A stretch of DNA of 61,731 bases, from the NCBI RefSeq assembly GCF_001194135.2, contig NC_068982.1:121944550-122006280 (forward strand). Reading direction: 5' to 3'. The notes below the pieces were generated by a model. That model did not search any database. It was not told the DNA's origin and saw nothing but the letters and a program-made list of their open reading frames with translations. Shown here in pieces: positions 46,801 through 57,427 of the stretch. Made by a program: the position numbers and the translations under genes. The first letter of the stretch is position 1, and each line of letters opens with the position of its first letter. The stretch comes from Octopus bimaculoides. Its lineage: Eukaryota.

Positions 46801-49517
46801 AAGTCTTGATATCCCAAGCATATAGTTTTGGATTCAGTCCCACTGCATGGCACTTTGAGCAAGTGTCTTCTGCTATAGCCCAATACCAAACAAAGTCATG
46901 TGAGTAGATTTGGTTGAGAGAAACTGAATGAGGCCTGTTGTATATGTATGCATATATATATGTGTGTGTATGTTTCTGTCTACTTGTCTTGACATCATGT
47001 GATAGTTGTAAAACAAGCATCATTATCAAAGAAATGGTGTTGTTCATTTTCCAGTCTTCCATGGAAACCCGTTTGGCTATGAGGAAATATTAACCTTGCT
47101 TGGCAAAATGTGAAGGTTGGTGACAGGAAAGGCATCCAATCATAGAAAATCTGGTTTGACAAACTCTGTCTGACCCATGCATACGTAGAAAAGTGGACAT
47201 TACAACAATGGTGAAATATAAATGCAACTCCAGCTCACAAGATATTATAATCTCAGTTAGACATACATTTGGAGCTTAGATGAATGCACAAATTACAGCA
47301 TTCACATTCCATTGAACTTTCTATATACATACATACATAAGGTAACATAATGGATAGTAAAAATATCAACTAAATTTGAAGTCAATCTTAATCATAAATA
47401 TTTTATCAGAGAGTTTATGCTAAAATCAGAAGAAATATCTATGTAGGGCAGGTAAAATTCCTGAGATCCATGGACAAGTTCTCTCCAGCAGTTTTTGTTC
47501 CTCATCATCACAGCCTTGTCCTGTGTCTCCCAGAGACCAGTATCTATCCTTAGGGCATCGACATATGTCATCTTTGGTCTCCCTCTTCTAGTGTGTCCAT
47601 GTAGGGGCTCCCACAGAAGTACTGAGTGCAGTACCAACTCTGAATGATGGTGAGCACATCCAGCTAACCTCAGTCTCCTCTGTGTTATTTTCAAGCTAAC
47701 TTTTGGGAGGCTCTCATACAGCTCAGAGTTCTTCATCCTCAGTGTATACAGATTAATGTTTGTGCTTTCAATTCCTAGACCAGGTGGTGTGTTGTGTTCT
47801 TGAGCAAAACACTTATCTCACATTGCTCTGCAGTCACTTCAACACCTGATGTGTGGTACATTGTGCACCTGTTCAGACAACATCGATTTTATGGTGGAAG
47901 TGAGCTAATATACAGCACATGCATTTACTCTTTTACTTGTTTCAGTCATTTGACTGCGGCCATGCTGGAGCACCACCTTTGGTCGAGCAAATCAATCCCA
48001 GGACTTATTCTTTGTAAGCCTAGTACTTATTCTATCAGTCTCTTTTGCCGAACCGCTAAGTTACGGGCACGTTAACACACCAGCATCGGTTGTCAAGCGA
48101 TGTTGGGAGGGACAAACACAGACACACAAACATATACACACATACATATAGATATACATATATATGACAGGCTTCTTTTAGTTTCCGTCTACCAAATCCA
48201 CTCACAAGGCTTTGGTCGGCCCGAGGCTATAGTAGAAGACACTTGCCCAAGGTGCCACACAGTGGGACTGAACCCGAAGCCATGTGGTTGGTAAGCAAGC
48301 TACTTATCACACAGCCACATCATTTGTGCAGGTTGTTCAGCAAGAAACTTCAGAACTGTCTTTTTTTGAAGTACAAGAGACTACCATCATCAGCATACAT
48401 CTTAGTCACTAGAAATAACATTTCGGCTGATGATGGTAGTCTCTTGTACTTAAAAAAAAAAACAGTTCTGCAGTTTCTTGCTAAACAACCTGTACAAATG
48501 ATTTGTTTATTGTGATCAAATGTATATTAGCTCACTTCCTCCATCAAACCAATGTTGCTTGAACAGGTGCACAGTATACCACACATCAAGTGTTGAAGTG
48601 ATCACAGAGCAATGTGAGATAAATGTTTTGTTCAAGAACACAATGCACCACCTTGTCCAGGAATTGAAACCACAATCCTGCAATCATGAGTGCAACACCC
48701 TAACCACTAGACCATGTGCCCTCACCAAGAATAGAGTGTATAAGCTAAAAGAAACCCATATGAAAGGGAAAGTTTCGGATATTTTAAGAAATATTTTTTC
48801 ATGTGAAGTAATTTACTCATAACCACATTTCTAATAATTATTTGTTTGTATTTTCAAAAGTTTCTACAGACTAATGACTTCCTTCCTTTCTTTTTTTTTC
48901 GTTTTTTTTCATACAGGGTCAATTCCTCAGAGACATGTAGCAGCCCCTCAAAGGGTGATATTTTCCAGTTATGTCAAAAAACTAATGAAGATTTCAGTAA
49001 ACTGTTGAAGCAGTTAATGGAACAATATTCTTGTCTAAGCTTAGAACAAAATTTTGATATAACAAAACAGTTAGCTTTATTAAAATTATTCCACCAGAAT
49101 ATGCTTGAGCTTCAAAGCAAGACAGAATTCAATATAGATAAAGAGATGAAGTCTCCTTTTACTTGGTCAGACATAGAACCATTGAATCAAGATTGTTCTG
49201 AATCTAATTCAAAGACACTTCATCCAGTTAGTACAACAAAAGGAATAATTTTAATCTTGCAAGATAATGATACACAGAAATGTTTAGATGCTCAACAACT
49301 ATTAAACAATGCATCACCTAGTTCATCATACAATCAAACTGCAACACAGAATGCTCCAGTGGATACACTAAATAAACACTCAGAAAGTGGAAATGTGATA
49401 TTTCAAAAGATATCTGTTAATAAATCAAAAAAAACTATCCAAAGAGAGATTGACAGATTTGTTTCTGAAGTGTGTAGAAAGAATAAATCATTGCTTCTTG
49501 AGATAAACGAGAACTAA
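41472..49517 (+). CDS. Uncharacterised ~285-aa protein (MPAPSTLSNWSMYRLL...LLLEINEN); exons 41472-41473 (AT), 46047-46301, 48917-49517
   Basis: Strong donor GAT|GTAAGT at 41474; tttgcag acceptor at 46046; CAA|GTAAGT donor at 46302; catacag acceptor at 48916. Exon 2 (phase 2-2) joins in frame to the 200-codon exon 3, which is very unlikely by chance in AT-rich DNA. The exon-1 link is inferred. Confidence 0.75.
42379..43103 (+). mobile_element. Young RTE LINE 3' fragment (ORF C-terminus, 3'UTR, (GAT)n tail), spanning an N gap
   Basis: RRLRWFGHVVRM...GRGRPRKTW...DRDLWK peptide followed by the same tail family. Confidence 0.9.
46047..46301 (+). CDS. Exon 2 of the uncharacterised gene
   Basis: ORF track 45964..46305; long pyrimidine tract acceptor and gtaagt donor. 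Confidence 0.8.
47440..47740 (-). mobile_element. RTE/RTE-X LINE C-terminal fragment
   Basis: QRRLRLAG...LLWEPLHGHTRRGRPKMTYVDAL..DTG peptide. Confidence 0.8.
48917..49517 (+). CDS. Terminal coding exon of the uncharacterised gene
   Basis: ORF track 48846..49517; pyrimidine-tract acceptor; in frame with exon 2 (AA|G). Confidence 0.82.
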
Positions 49518-50078
49518 ACTATATGATAAAAGCATAAATCTTGGTATACCTTTAACTCATGAAGATGTATATCTTGTTAATTCTGAAAACAAGGAAGATG
49601 TTTTGTCAAGATAAAAAAAAAAAAAAGACGGAAATCAAATCTGAAAAAATTCAAAGATAAAATTATGGGAAAAAAGCATAAACAAGTACAAGTGTAAACA
49701 ATTATATAAAAGAACTCAACCTTGTAAAATGCTTGTTTTTAAAACAAAAACCCATTACCTCTGATTTCCTTGTAATTTTTATTTTTCTCCAATTTCATGT
49801 AGTGATTTAATTTGTTACTTTCATTTTGGTGCTAGTTCAATTTTTTTTATAGAGGAGAGACAGTCAAATGAGTCTACTGCCTTACTGTTGCCTTGTTACC
49901 ATCTTAGAGACATTGAGTTTATATACCATAAAAAAATCAGGGACAACTCATTGATGTTTGTATTAATGCCACTTTTATGGATATTTTTTTAGTTGAAATT
50001 TATTTTTCTTAATATATCTTGTTCTTGTTGCTATATTCTCTCAGTAAATTTCTATATCTTTTATACCTATTTATGAAC

Positions 50079-50084
50079 AATAAA
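50079..50084 (+). terminator. Candidate polyadenylation signal (AATAAA) of the uncharacterised gene
   Basis: AATAAA about 560 nt after the stop, at the end of a U-rich 3'UTR-like stretch and just before a repeat; an earlier AATAAA lies inside the CDS. Confidence 0.4.
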
Positions 50085-50123
50085 GTCTAAATCCCAAATA
50101 CTTGTCTGATAAAGAAATTTTAT

Positions 50124-50748
50124 CATCATCGTTTAACGTCTGCTTTCCATGCTGGCATGGGTTGGACAGTTTGACTGAAAACTGGCAAGCCAGGAGACTG
50201 CACCAGGCTCCAATCTGAACCAGCGAGATTTCTACAGCTGGATGCCCTCCTAACACCAACCATTCCAAGAGTGTAGTGGGTGCTTTTTATGTGCCACCAG
50301 CACAAGGGCCAGTCAGATGGTACTAGCATCAACCATGCTCGAATGCTGCTTTTTACACGCTACTGGCATGAGAGCTTGTCAGGCAGTACTGGCATTGACC
50401 AGGCTCAAATGGTGCTTTTTACATGCCACCAGCACAGGTGCCAGTCAGGTGGCACTGGCATCAGCCATAACAACAGCTTCACTTGACTTACCAGGTTTTC
50501 TCAAGCACAGCATATTGCCCAACAATTGAAAGGTACTTTTAAGTGGGCCGGTTATGCAACACTAGCATCAACCATGGCTACGATCTCACTTGGCTTGTGG
50601 GGTCTTCTCAAGCACAGCATATTTCCAAAGGTCTCAGTCGCTTGTCTTTGCCTCTGTGAGGCCCAATGTTCGAAGGTTGTGCTTCACCACCTTATCCCAG
50701 GTCTTCCTGGGTCTACCTCTTCCACAGGTTCTCTCCACTGTTAGTGTG
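50124..50748 (-). mobile_element. RTE LINE 3' fragment
   Basis: Reverse complement of the 42.4-43.1 kb family (RGRPRKTW region and tail). Confidence 0.85.
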
Positions 50749-50794
50749 TGACATCGTAATACATATACTTGTCTGAGATTTTAATCTTTTCTAC

Positions 50795-51000
50795 TCTAGG
50801 CACAAGGCCTGAAATTTTGGGGGAGGGGGCCAGGCGATTAGATTGACCCCAGTACACAACTGGTACTTAATTTATCAACCCCAAAAGGATGAAAGGTAAA
50901 GTCAACCTCAGTGGAATTTGAACTCAGAATATAAAGACAGACAAAATACCGCTAAGCATTTCATCTGGTGTGCTAACGTTTCTGCCAGCTCACCGCCTTG
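50795..51000 (-). mobile_element. SINE family (ggtactt...tatc.acccc.aaaggatgaaagg); copies also about 12700-12910, 28750-28960, 54500-55120, 55270-55620
   Basis: Recurrent ~200-bp unit; strand is tentative, taken from a B-box-like gagttcaaattcc on the minus strand. Confidence 0.7.
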
Positions 51001-51351
51001 TCTGAAATGTTAATGCTATTAGACTATGAAGAGGAAAATGTGGAAGAGAAAGGTGAAAATATTATTCATGCAGTGAAGAAGTCATTATCAATCATTCACT
51101 CAATACATTTGGAAAGTCTATTATTTAGTTATTCATTGATATGAAAGCACAACCATCCAACTTATGCCAGCATGGACAACAGACTTTAAATGATGATATC
51201 ATCACTGGTTTTTATGCTTATTTCTTAGTATTTGAACTGTTGGAGTTATTTTCGCAATTTATCCAGTACAACCCTTAAACAAGTAAATAGTATTTTCTTA
51301 AACAATAGATCCACTTATTTCAGTTTGTGACTTATTCATGAATAGACCAAC

Positions 51352-51796
51352 ACTAGCGCCCCTGAGGGTAATATTCTCTGGGAACACACAAAAGCCCTTT
51401 TCAGAGTTATTTACTTTGAATTGTTATTATCTCATATCTGATTAGTCTGTTATTACGTAACATGCTGCATGATTTTAGTATACATACCTTATTAATATTT
51501 CTTCCTATGTCCTATATACACTGGGAATGCATTAAAACCCTTTTCAGGGCTGCTTTATTTGAATTCTTACTATCGGGTAACTAATTTCATGTTATTACTT
51601 AACTGACTTTACAATTTGGGAATTCCTAAAAACAAGATCCTGTGTAAGACAGTTTGGTATTCTCTGTAAATGCACAAAAACCGTTTTAAGGGCTACATAC
51701 TTTGTATTGTTGCTATTGGATTAGCGAAACAATTATGAGAATGGAACCAAGGGATAAGCCCCGCTTTCCCAGGAATTACCGGGTACGGCAGCTAGT
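51352..51796 (+). mobile_element. Possible non-autonomous Helitron-like element
   Basis: Short GC hairpin cccagg-aatta-ccggg followed 8 nt later by CTAG|T (51792-51796), which is the Helitron 3' signature; a similar end in opposite orientation at 51352. Confidence 0.4.
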
Positions 51797-53455
51797 TGTT
51801 ATGATAAACAGTAGCATAGTACCCATAAAAAATGACCGAACTTAATTCCTAGAAAAAAGGGAGGGAAGAAACAGCTTAATGATGGTCAGATACTTGAAGA
51901 AGGTAATCTTTGGTTATAAAGGACCACTTTGAATTTGTCACACTGTAGCTGATAACAATAGTGATAGCAGCTGAAAATCTTTGTCTGAATCTGTGCTTCG
52001 ATCAACTTATTAGTCATTGAGGATATTTTTGTGAGTACGTAAAAATTATTTTTTGCATAGTTCATCATCTCATCATCATTTAATGTCCTCCTACTATGCT
52101 GGCATGTTTTGGACAGTTTGATAGGAGCTGGTCAAGCAGAAGCCTGCACCATACTTCTGTGTCTTGTTAATTTTTGTGTTAAGAGTTCTTGTTCATTTTC
52201 ATGTTGTTCAGTTTTAACTTTACAGCCACTTTCTGTGCTGGTTTAGATTGATACATCCCTATCCAAGTCAGTTCTTATTCATAGTTTCTGCCTTGTTTGA
52301 TGGATCATAGGACCATGTATTGCTCATATATTTTATTTAAGCACAGTTTCTATGACAAGACACTCTCCCTAACATCAACCAGTTTTAAAGACTGTATTGG
52401 GTGCATTTTATCATGGCATCGTCTCTAGAGGCGTTAGTTAACCATAATGAAATGAGCAAATTACCAGTGCGTGAGTTTTTGTTAGTAGAATGACCCTCCC
52501 AAAATATTCGACTGAATCAGTGGAGATAGAACAATGATGCACATAAGCATGGTGACAACCTAGAATTTTTTTGAAAGATTTTATTGCTATTTGTGAATAA
52601 TATCCTGTTTTTGTTTTTGCTGTCCCAAAATATAAAACTACTTCTATTTGCTGTAAATGGCAGTGTTCTGGAATTGGAGAAAATGTGTCTTGTCTGAATT
52701 ATTGCTATGATAATATTGTCTTCGTTTGTTTCAACTTTTAATCCCTAAAGCAATATTATTGTTTGTATCATTCTTTTGCACAACTGCTAAGAAAGCTCTA
52801 TTTTGAGGGATTAAGCTATCTTTTTTTTTTTTTTTTAAGAAAATAAAACAGGAATGAACGAATTATTCTCGCTTTTAAACTCATAAAAACGTTAATTGAA
52901 TAATTTCAATTCTTAACGAAAGGCGCATCTATGCGGTCTCTCGTTCTGCTAGAAATCGAAGCCCCACCTCTGCTATCTTAACAAAAACAACATAAAATAA
53001 ACGATAAAACAAAACAAATTCAATATACAAAAGTAAACAACACAAAAATGGGTTACAACAACAACACAAAATAATTTTTAATTATATCTGAAGATTCCCC
53101 CATGATAAGCAAGCTAGCTCGTCGCCACAAATAAATAAATTCCTTGAGGTCTCCAATTCAAATCCTACCAGCAACTATAGTTTGATAAAGTGTAAGTGGC
53201 ACGTTATAATCAAAGATCACCAAATTTAAGACCAGAGAAAATGTAGATACAGCTGTTGACTAGTGCATTTAGCAGACTGCGTGGCTATGTAAGTTCCTTT
53301 ACTAATTCAAATAATTGGAATAGAACTAGAAGAGTGTCTGAGTGCTGAAAAGCCGTTGTTTTAATTTCTACGAAAACACAAGAATATTTTTAATGTCCAT
53401 TAAGAAAATGTATTTACAAGATGATAAATACAATTAAGTAGTCGACATATCAATG

Positions 53456-53500
53456 ACCGGAAGTTAACGAATGACAACGGATGTTTACGTATGACAACGA
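53456..53500 (+). promoter_or_regulatory. Candidate TOP3B promoter: ETS/GABP motif ACCGGAAGT and a twice-repeated ATGACAACG
   Basis: Perfect ETS core at 53456-53464 in a locally CpG-rich patch about 210 nt upstream of the TOP3B ATG. Confidence 0.45.
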
Positions 53501-53670
53501 AAATCATTCGACATTAGTTACGAAATTATCCGAAGTCAACCGTATATATACGGAAAGTTCCTCAATGAATATTTCATATTTCAAGAGTACAAACTATCGG
53601 TGTTCCAGGAGTAAAATGAATGTTGTTCTGTTTATGCATATGGTATTTAGGAATATTTTATAATTGAAAA

Positions 53671-53904
53671 ATGAAGACTGTATTTATGGTGGCTGAAAAG
53701 CCATCTTTGGCTGCTTCGTTAGCCAAAATCTTATCCAACAACAGCATGACATCTCGAAAAGGTTATAATGGAGCCTGTTCAGTGCATGAATATCGAGGTA
53801 AATTTCAAGGCGAACCGGCTTACTTCAAATTTACATCAGTGTGTGGTCATGTCATGACCCTGGATTTTACTGGCAAGTACAACAATTGGGATAAAGTCGA
53901 TCCG
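53671..53904 (+). CDS. TOP3B: DNA topoisomerase 3-beta, first coding exon (Toprim N-terminus, 78 aa); remaining exons not found in the window
   Basis: MKTVFMVAEKPSLAASLAKILS...GACSVHEY...TSVCGHVMTLDF.GKYN.WDKVDP closely matches TOP3B rather than TOP3A; phase-0 donor CCG|GTAAGT at 53905. Confidence 0.96.
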
Positions 53905-54581
53905 GTAAGTTACTTACTTAAGCTACTATTTTAGACTTGTAGTAGTAATTTTTTTTTACTATTACTAATACTACTTTGGCTTTAGTCACAATCCGTCTGG
54001 CTTACTACACTGCTTACTGCTTGAGCAATCTTAGCTTTATATTACCAGTTCAACTTGATACTTGTTCCAAATTTTGCATACACTAATCGCATACTTTCCA
54101 AACGTCTACATTTATCACGCCAACCTCATGCTCTTTTTTTTAATCCCAGACTACTATAACAGCTTTCTTTGAACATGATCATGACCCCACTCCATCCACA
54201 CACACACCTCCGTTGTTAAGACCAATAAAGAGAGAGAAATATTGGTTATATCTGTCGAACCTCTAGGTTATAGTGCAGCTGAAACAAGACCGCAATCGGA
54301 TTTCCATTTCTGGCGGTATCCACCTTATTCATATAATGCTTTTTGGAAAGTGTGTGTATGGGTAGGTAGGTTCTTCCCACCCTCTAAATCTGACATGTTT
54401 TAACAAATCGATTTGCGAATTGAGGGTCAGTTATCGTTTAACAATTATTTTAATTACACTACACAGTTATTGGAGACTGTCTTTTGCGGCTAATAATTAT
54501 TTCTACTATAGACACAAAGCCTGAAATTTATGAGGAGGGGGTCTGGTGGATTATATCGACCTAGTGTTTAACTGATACTTA

Positions 54582-54985
54582 GGTAGAGATGGACTATATG
54601 TAATCTGAACCTTTCCCCCCCTTATTTATTAACTTTTTTTTTTACGGAATCCCACGTTTTAGGCTATGGANNNNNNNNNNNNNNNNNNNNNNNNNNNNNN
54701 NNNNNNNNNNNNNNNNNNNNNNNNNNNNNNNNNNNNNNNNNNNNNNNNNNNNNNNNNNNNNNNNNNNNNNNNNNNNNNNNNNNNNNNNNNNNNNNNNNNN
54801 NNNNNNNNNNNNNNNNNNNNNNNNNNNNNNNNNNNNNNNNNNNNNNNNNNNNNNNNNNNGGGGGGGGGGGATCGAAATTTTAAAATTGAGATTTTTGAAA
54901 TTTTTTTTTCCAGAATCGGATTCTCCATGGTAAACAAAATTTAAAAGTGGGGGTATACCCAGATTACATATACTCCATCTCCACC
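54582..54985. mobile_element. Non-autonomous TIR element with 26-bp TIRs and 8-bp TSD (Merlin-like), nested in a SINE; contains an N gap
   Basis: TIR GGTAGAGATGGACTATATGTAATCTG versus right end 24/26; TSD GATACTTA at 54574-54581 and 54986-54993. Confidence 0.8.
54671..54859. other. Assembly gap; other gaps at 35490-35499, 42687-42755, 56614-56704
   Basis: N runs. Confidence 1.
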
Positions 54986-56199
54986 GATACTTATTTCATC
55001 GTCCATCTACCACCATCATCAAAGGATGAAAAGCAAAGTTGACATCGGCGGAATTTGAACTCAAAACGTAAAAACAGACGAAATGCCGCTAAGCATTTTG
55101 CCAGCTCGCCGCCTTCCTTTTTCCACTAGTTAGTTCTCTTCGTGCAATCAGGCACATAAGGCCGCAACCCGATCTCTCCAACCAGCTCTGTTTTTTGCCA
55201 GTCTTCTGGTATCATTCCAGCTTCTCCACCCTTCTCACCTCTTTTCCTTAGTTTCTAATTTAAGCACATGGCCAACAAATTAGTCGATACTATCGACCCT
55301 GGTACTTTATTTATCGACCCTGGAGAGATGAAAGGCAGAGTTGACCTCTGCGTGATTTGAACTCAGAACGTAAAGAACTGGGTCAACAAATACTGCAAGG
55401 CATTTATTCCAACGCTCTAACGATTCTGTTAGCTGGCCGCCTTCTATCAGATCGCCATAGGCACAAAGCCTTAACAGGAGACGATTAAATTGACAAATGC
55501 TTGACTAATATTTTATCGATTTCGGTGCAATGAAAGGCAAAATTGGCGATGAGTTGTGAACTCAGAAGGTAAAGAGCTAGGACAAATATTGCAAGGTATT
55601 TTTGTCTAACGTTCTAATGATTCTGAAGTCAAGATAAAAAAAAAAGAGAAAATGAAAAAGAGGAAAAAAATGGGCAAACAAATCTTTCGCTAACCAAACA
55701 GCATCAAGAAGATAAAGAACATAAGTCTATTCTGGATTACACTTTCAGGTGATCTTTGAAAAAATATATGGTCATGGTTTGAATGCTTTTGATGACCGGT
55801 TAGCTTGTTCAAGGCTGACTTCGGGCCAACTGTGTGTGTATAGATAGATAGAGAGAGACGGAACGACCATCGCTAATCCGGCATTATTGGGACCTGAAGA
55901 GTGTTGGATTAGTGGTTTTACTCAATTAAAAAGTAGTTAGAATACACTTGAAATATTAACTCAACGGCTGACTTCCTCCTACTTTTAAAATATTCCTCGT
56001 AAATCAGTGCAGATTGATTATTAAAGAAACATTAAATGGCAAGTAAGTGCAATTCTAATGACTAACAAACAATTTCATCACTGCCATTTCTGAAGCGAAA
56101 AGTAACTAAGCACATCTGCATTGTTTCGGAGTGAAGGCTGCCAGGATTAGCATCTTTTTGATATGAAGGGCTACCGAGGTTCTTTCTTTGAAAGGTGAC

Positions 56200-57370
56200 T
56201 AAGATATCAGGAACTAATAATGAAGGTGACAGCACATCTGGTAAGCAGATATTGATTGAGACCGTTATATTGTCAAATGATTACTACTTCGTTATTCTAG
56301 ACCTGTTAGAAGTTATCCTGTCAACTGAATTTATCAATAGAGGCCCTTTTGCAATATTTGTTTCGTTGCTGTCTTTTCCACTGGCTTGTTGCTGTGGGCT
56401 TATAACAATCTACAATTTCTGGGTCAGTGCACTAATGAACGGTTGTTGCATCTTCATTTACACTCATCCATTCTCCATGATATTCTCCTATCTTTGAATG
56501 CAAGATACTTTGCAAAGCATAAGAAAGCTGGGAAAGACTTCCTCCGCCCATTTTCTCCCAATTTTTTTTTCTTTTCTTTTTTTTGCCAAAAAAACCCGTT
56601 TTCGGATACGGAGNNNNNNNNNNNNNNNNNNNNNNNNNNNNNNNNNNNNNNNNNNNNNNNNNNNNNNNNNNNNNNNNNNNNNNNNNNNNNNNNNNNNNNN
56701 NNNNAATCTCCGTATTTTTCCGCAAATTTCGAGAGAAAACAAAAATTCTGAAAAAAGTTTAAAATGAAGAAATTTGGGGGGGGGGGGCAAAATACGGATT
56801 TTTGCCAGTTTTTTTGCGTATTCTCTGTAGCTTAAACGGGTGTCTGTGTATATAAATAAAAAAAGACTTTTTGAAGGGGTGTTTTTGGGGGGTGGGTACA
56901 AAAGGAAGTCTTGCCGAAAACTGTTCATATGTAATCTGTTTTTCCTTTGAATTTCAAAATCCTTCAAAAGCATTTCCATTGTCTTCATCTGGTGCACTCA
57001 AACATCAGTTCTGACCACAATTTATGCCATCCATTTTCCTACAGACTTCCAAGCATTGTCAACATGGTAAACCGTATCTTTTACATTAAAATCATTAAGA
57101 AACTTACGTACTGACTTGCCAGTGTTAACTGTACATGGTACCTCATAAAAGGGTGTGATGTTTAGACTTAACATATCGTCACTGTTCTGAGGATGGATTA
57201 ATGCTGTGCTGTTTAGGCAGAAGATAAATACCAATAACATTTTTTATCAGTTCTGATGCTTTATCACTTCATAATGATTCTGTATCCTCAGTTGTCAGTG
57301 TTCTTCTTTGCAAACATTCCAAAACTGTTCTGTATCATCTTGCATTACAAACATACTCAGGATTTAAATA
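56200..57370 (-). mobile_element. pogo/Tigger-type transposase relic (DDE_1 and C-terminus), interrupted by gap-associated low-quality sequence at 56540-56900
   Basis: LNSTALIHPQ...FNVKDTVYHVDNAWKSV and WMSVNEDATTVH..TDPEIV peptides. Confidence 0.7.
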
Positions 57371-57427
57371 CTCATGGATGCTTTTTGGTCTTGACGTTAA
57401 TACCCCCCCCCCAAAAAAAAAGAAATA

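Noticed and set aside
53270-53650. Possible upstream non-coding TOP3B exon (donor near 53289, acceptor at 53650)
   Set aside because: Conflicts with the ETS-containing promoter candidate at 53456 and cannot be resolved from sequence.
56540-56900. Homopolymer-rich insert with apparent inverted ends and poly-X ORFs around the N gap
   Set aside because: Looks like low-quality gap-flank sequence interrupting a pogo relic, not a biological element.
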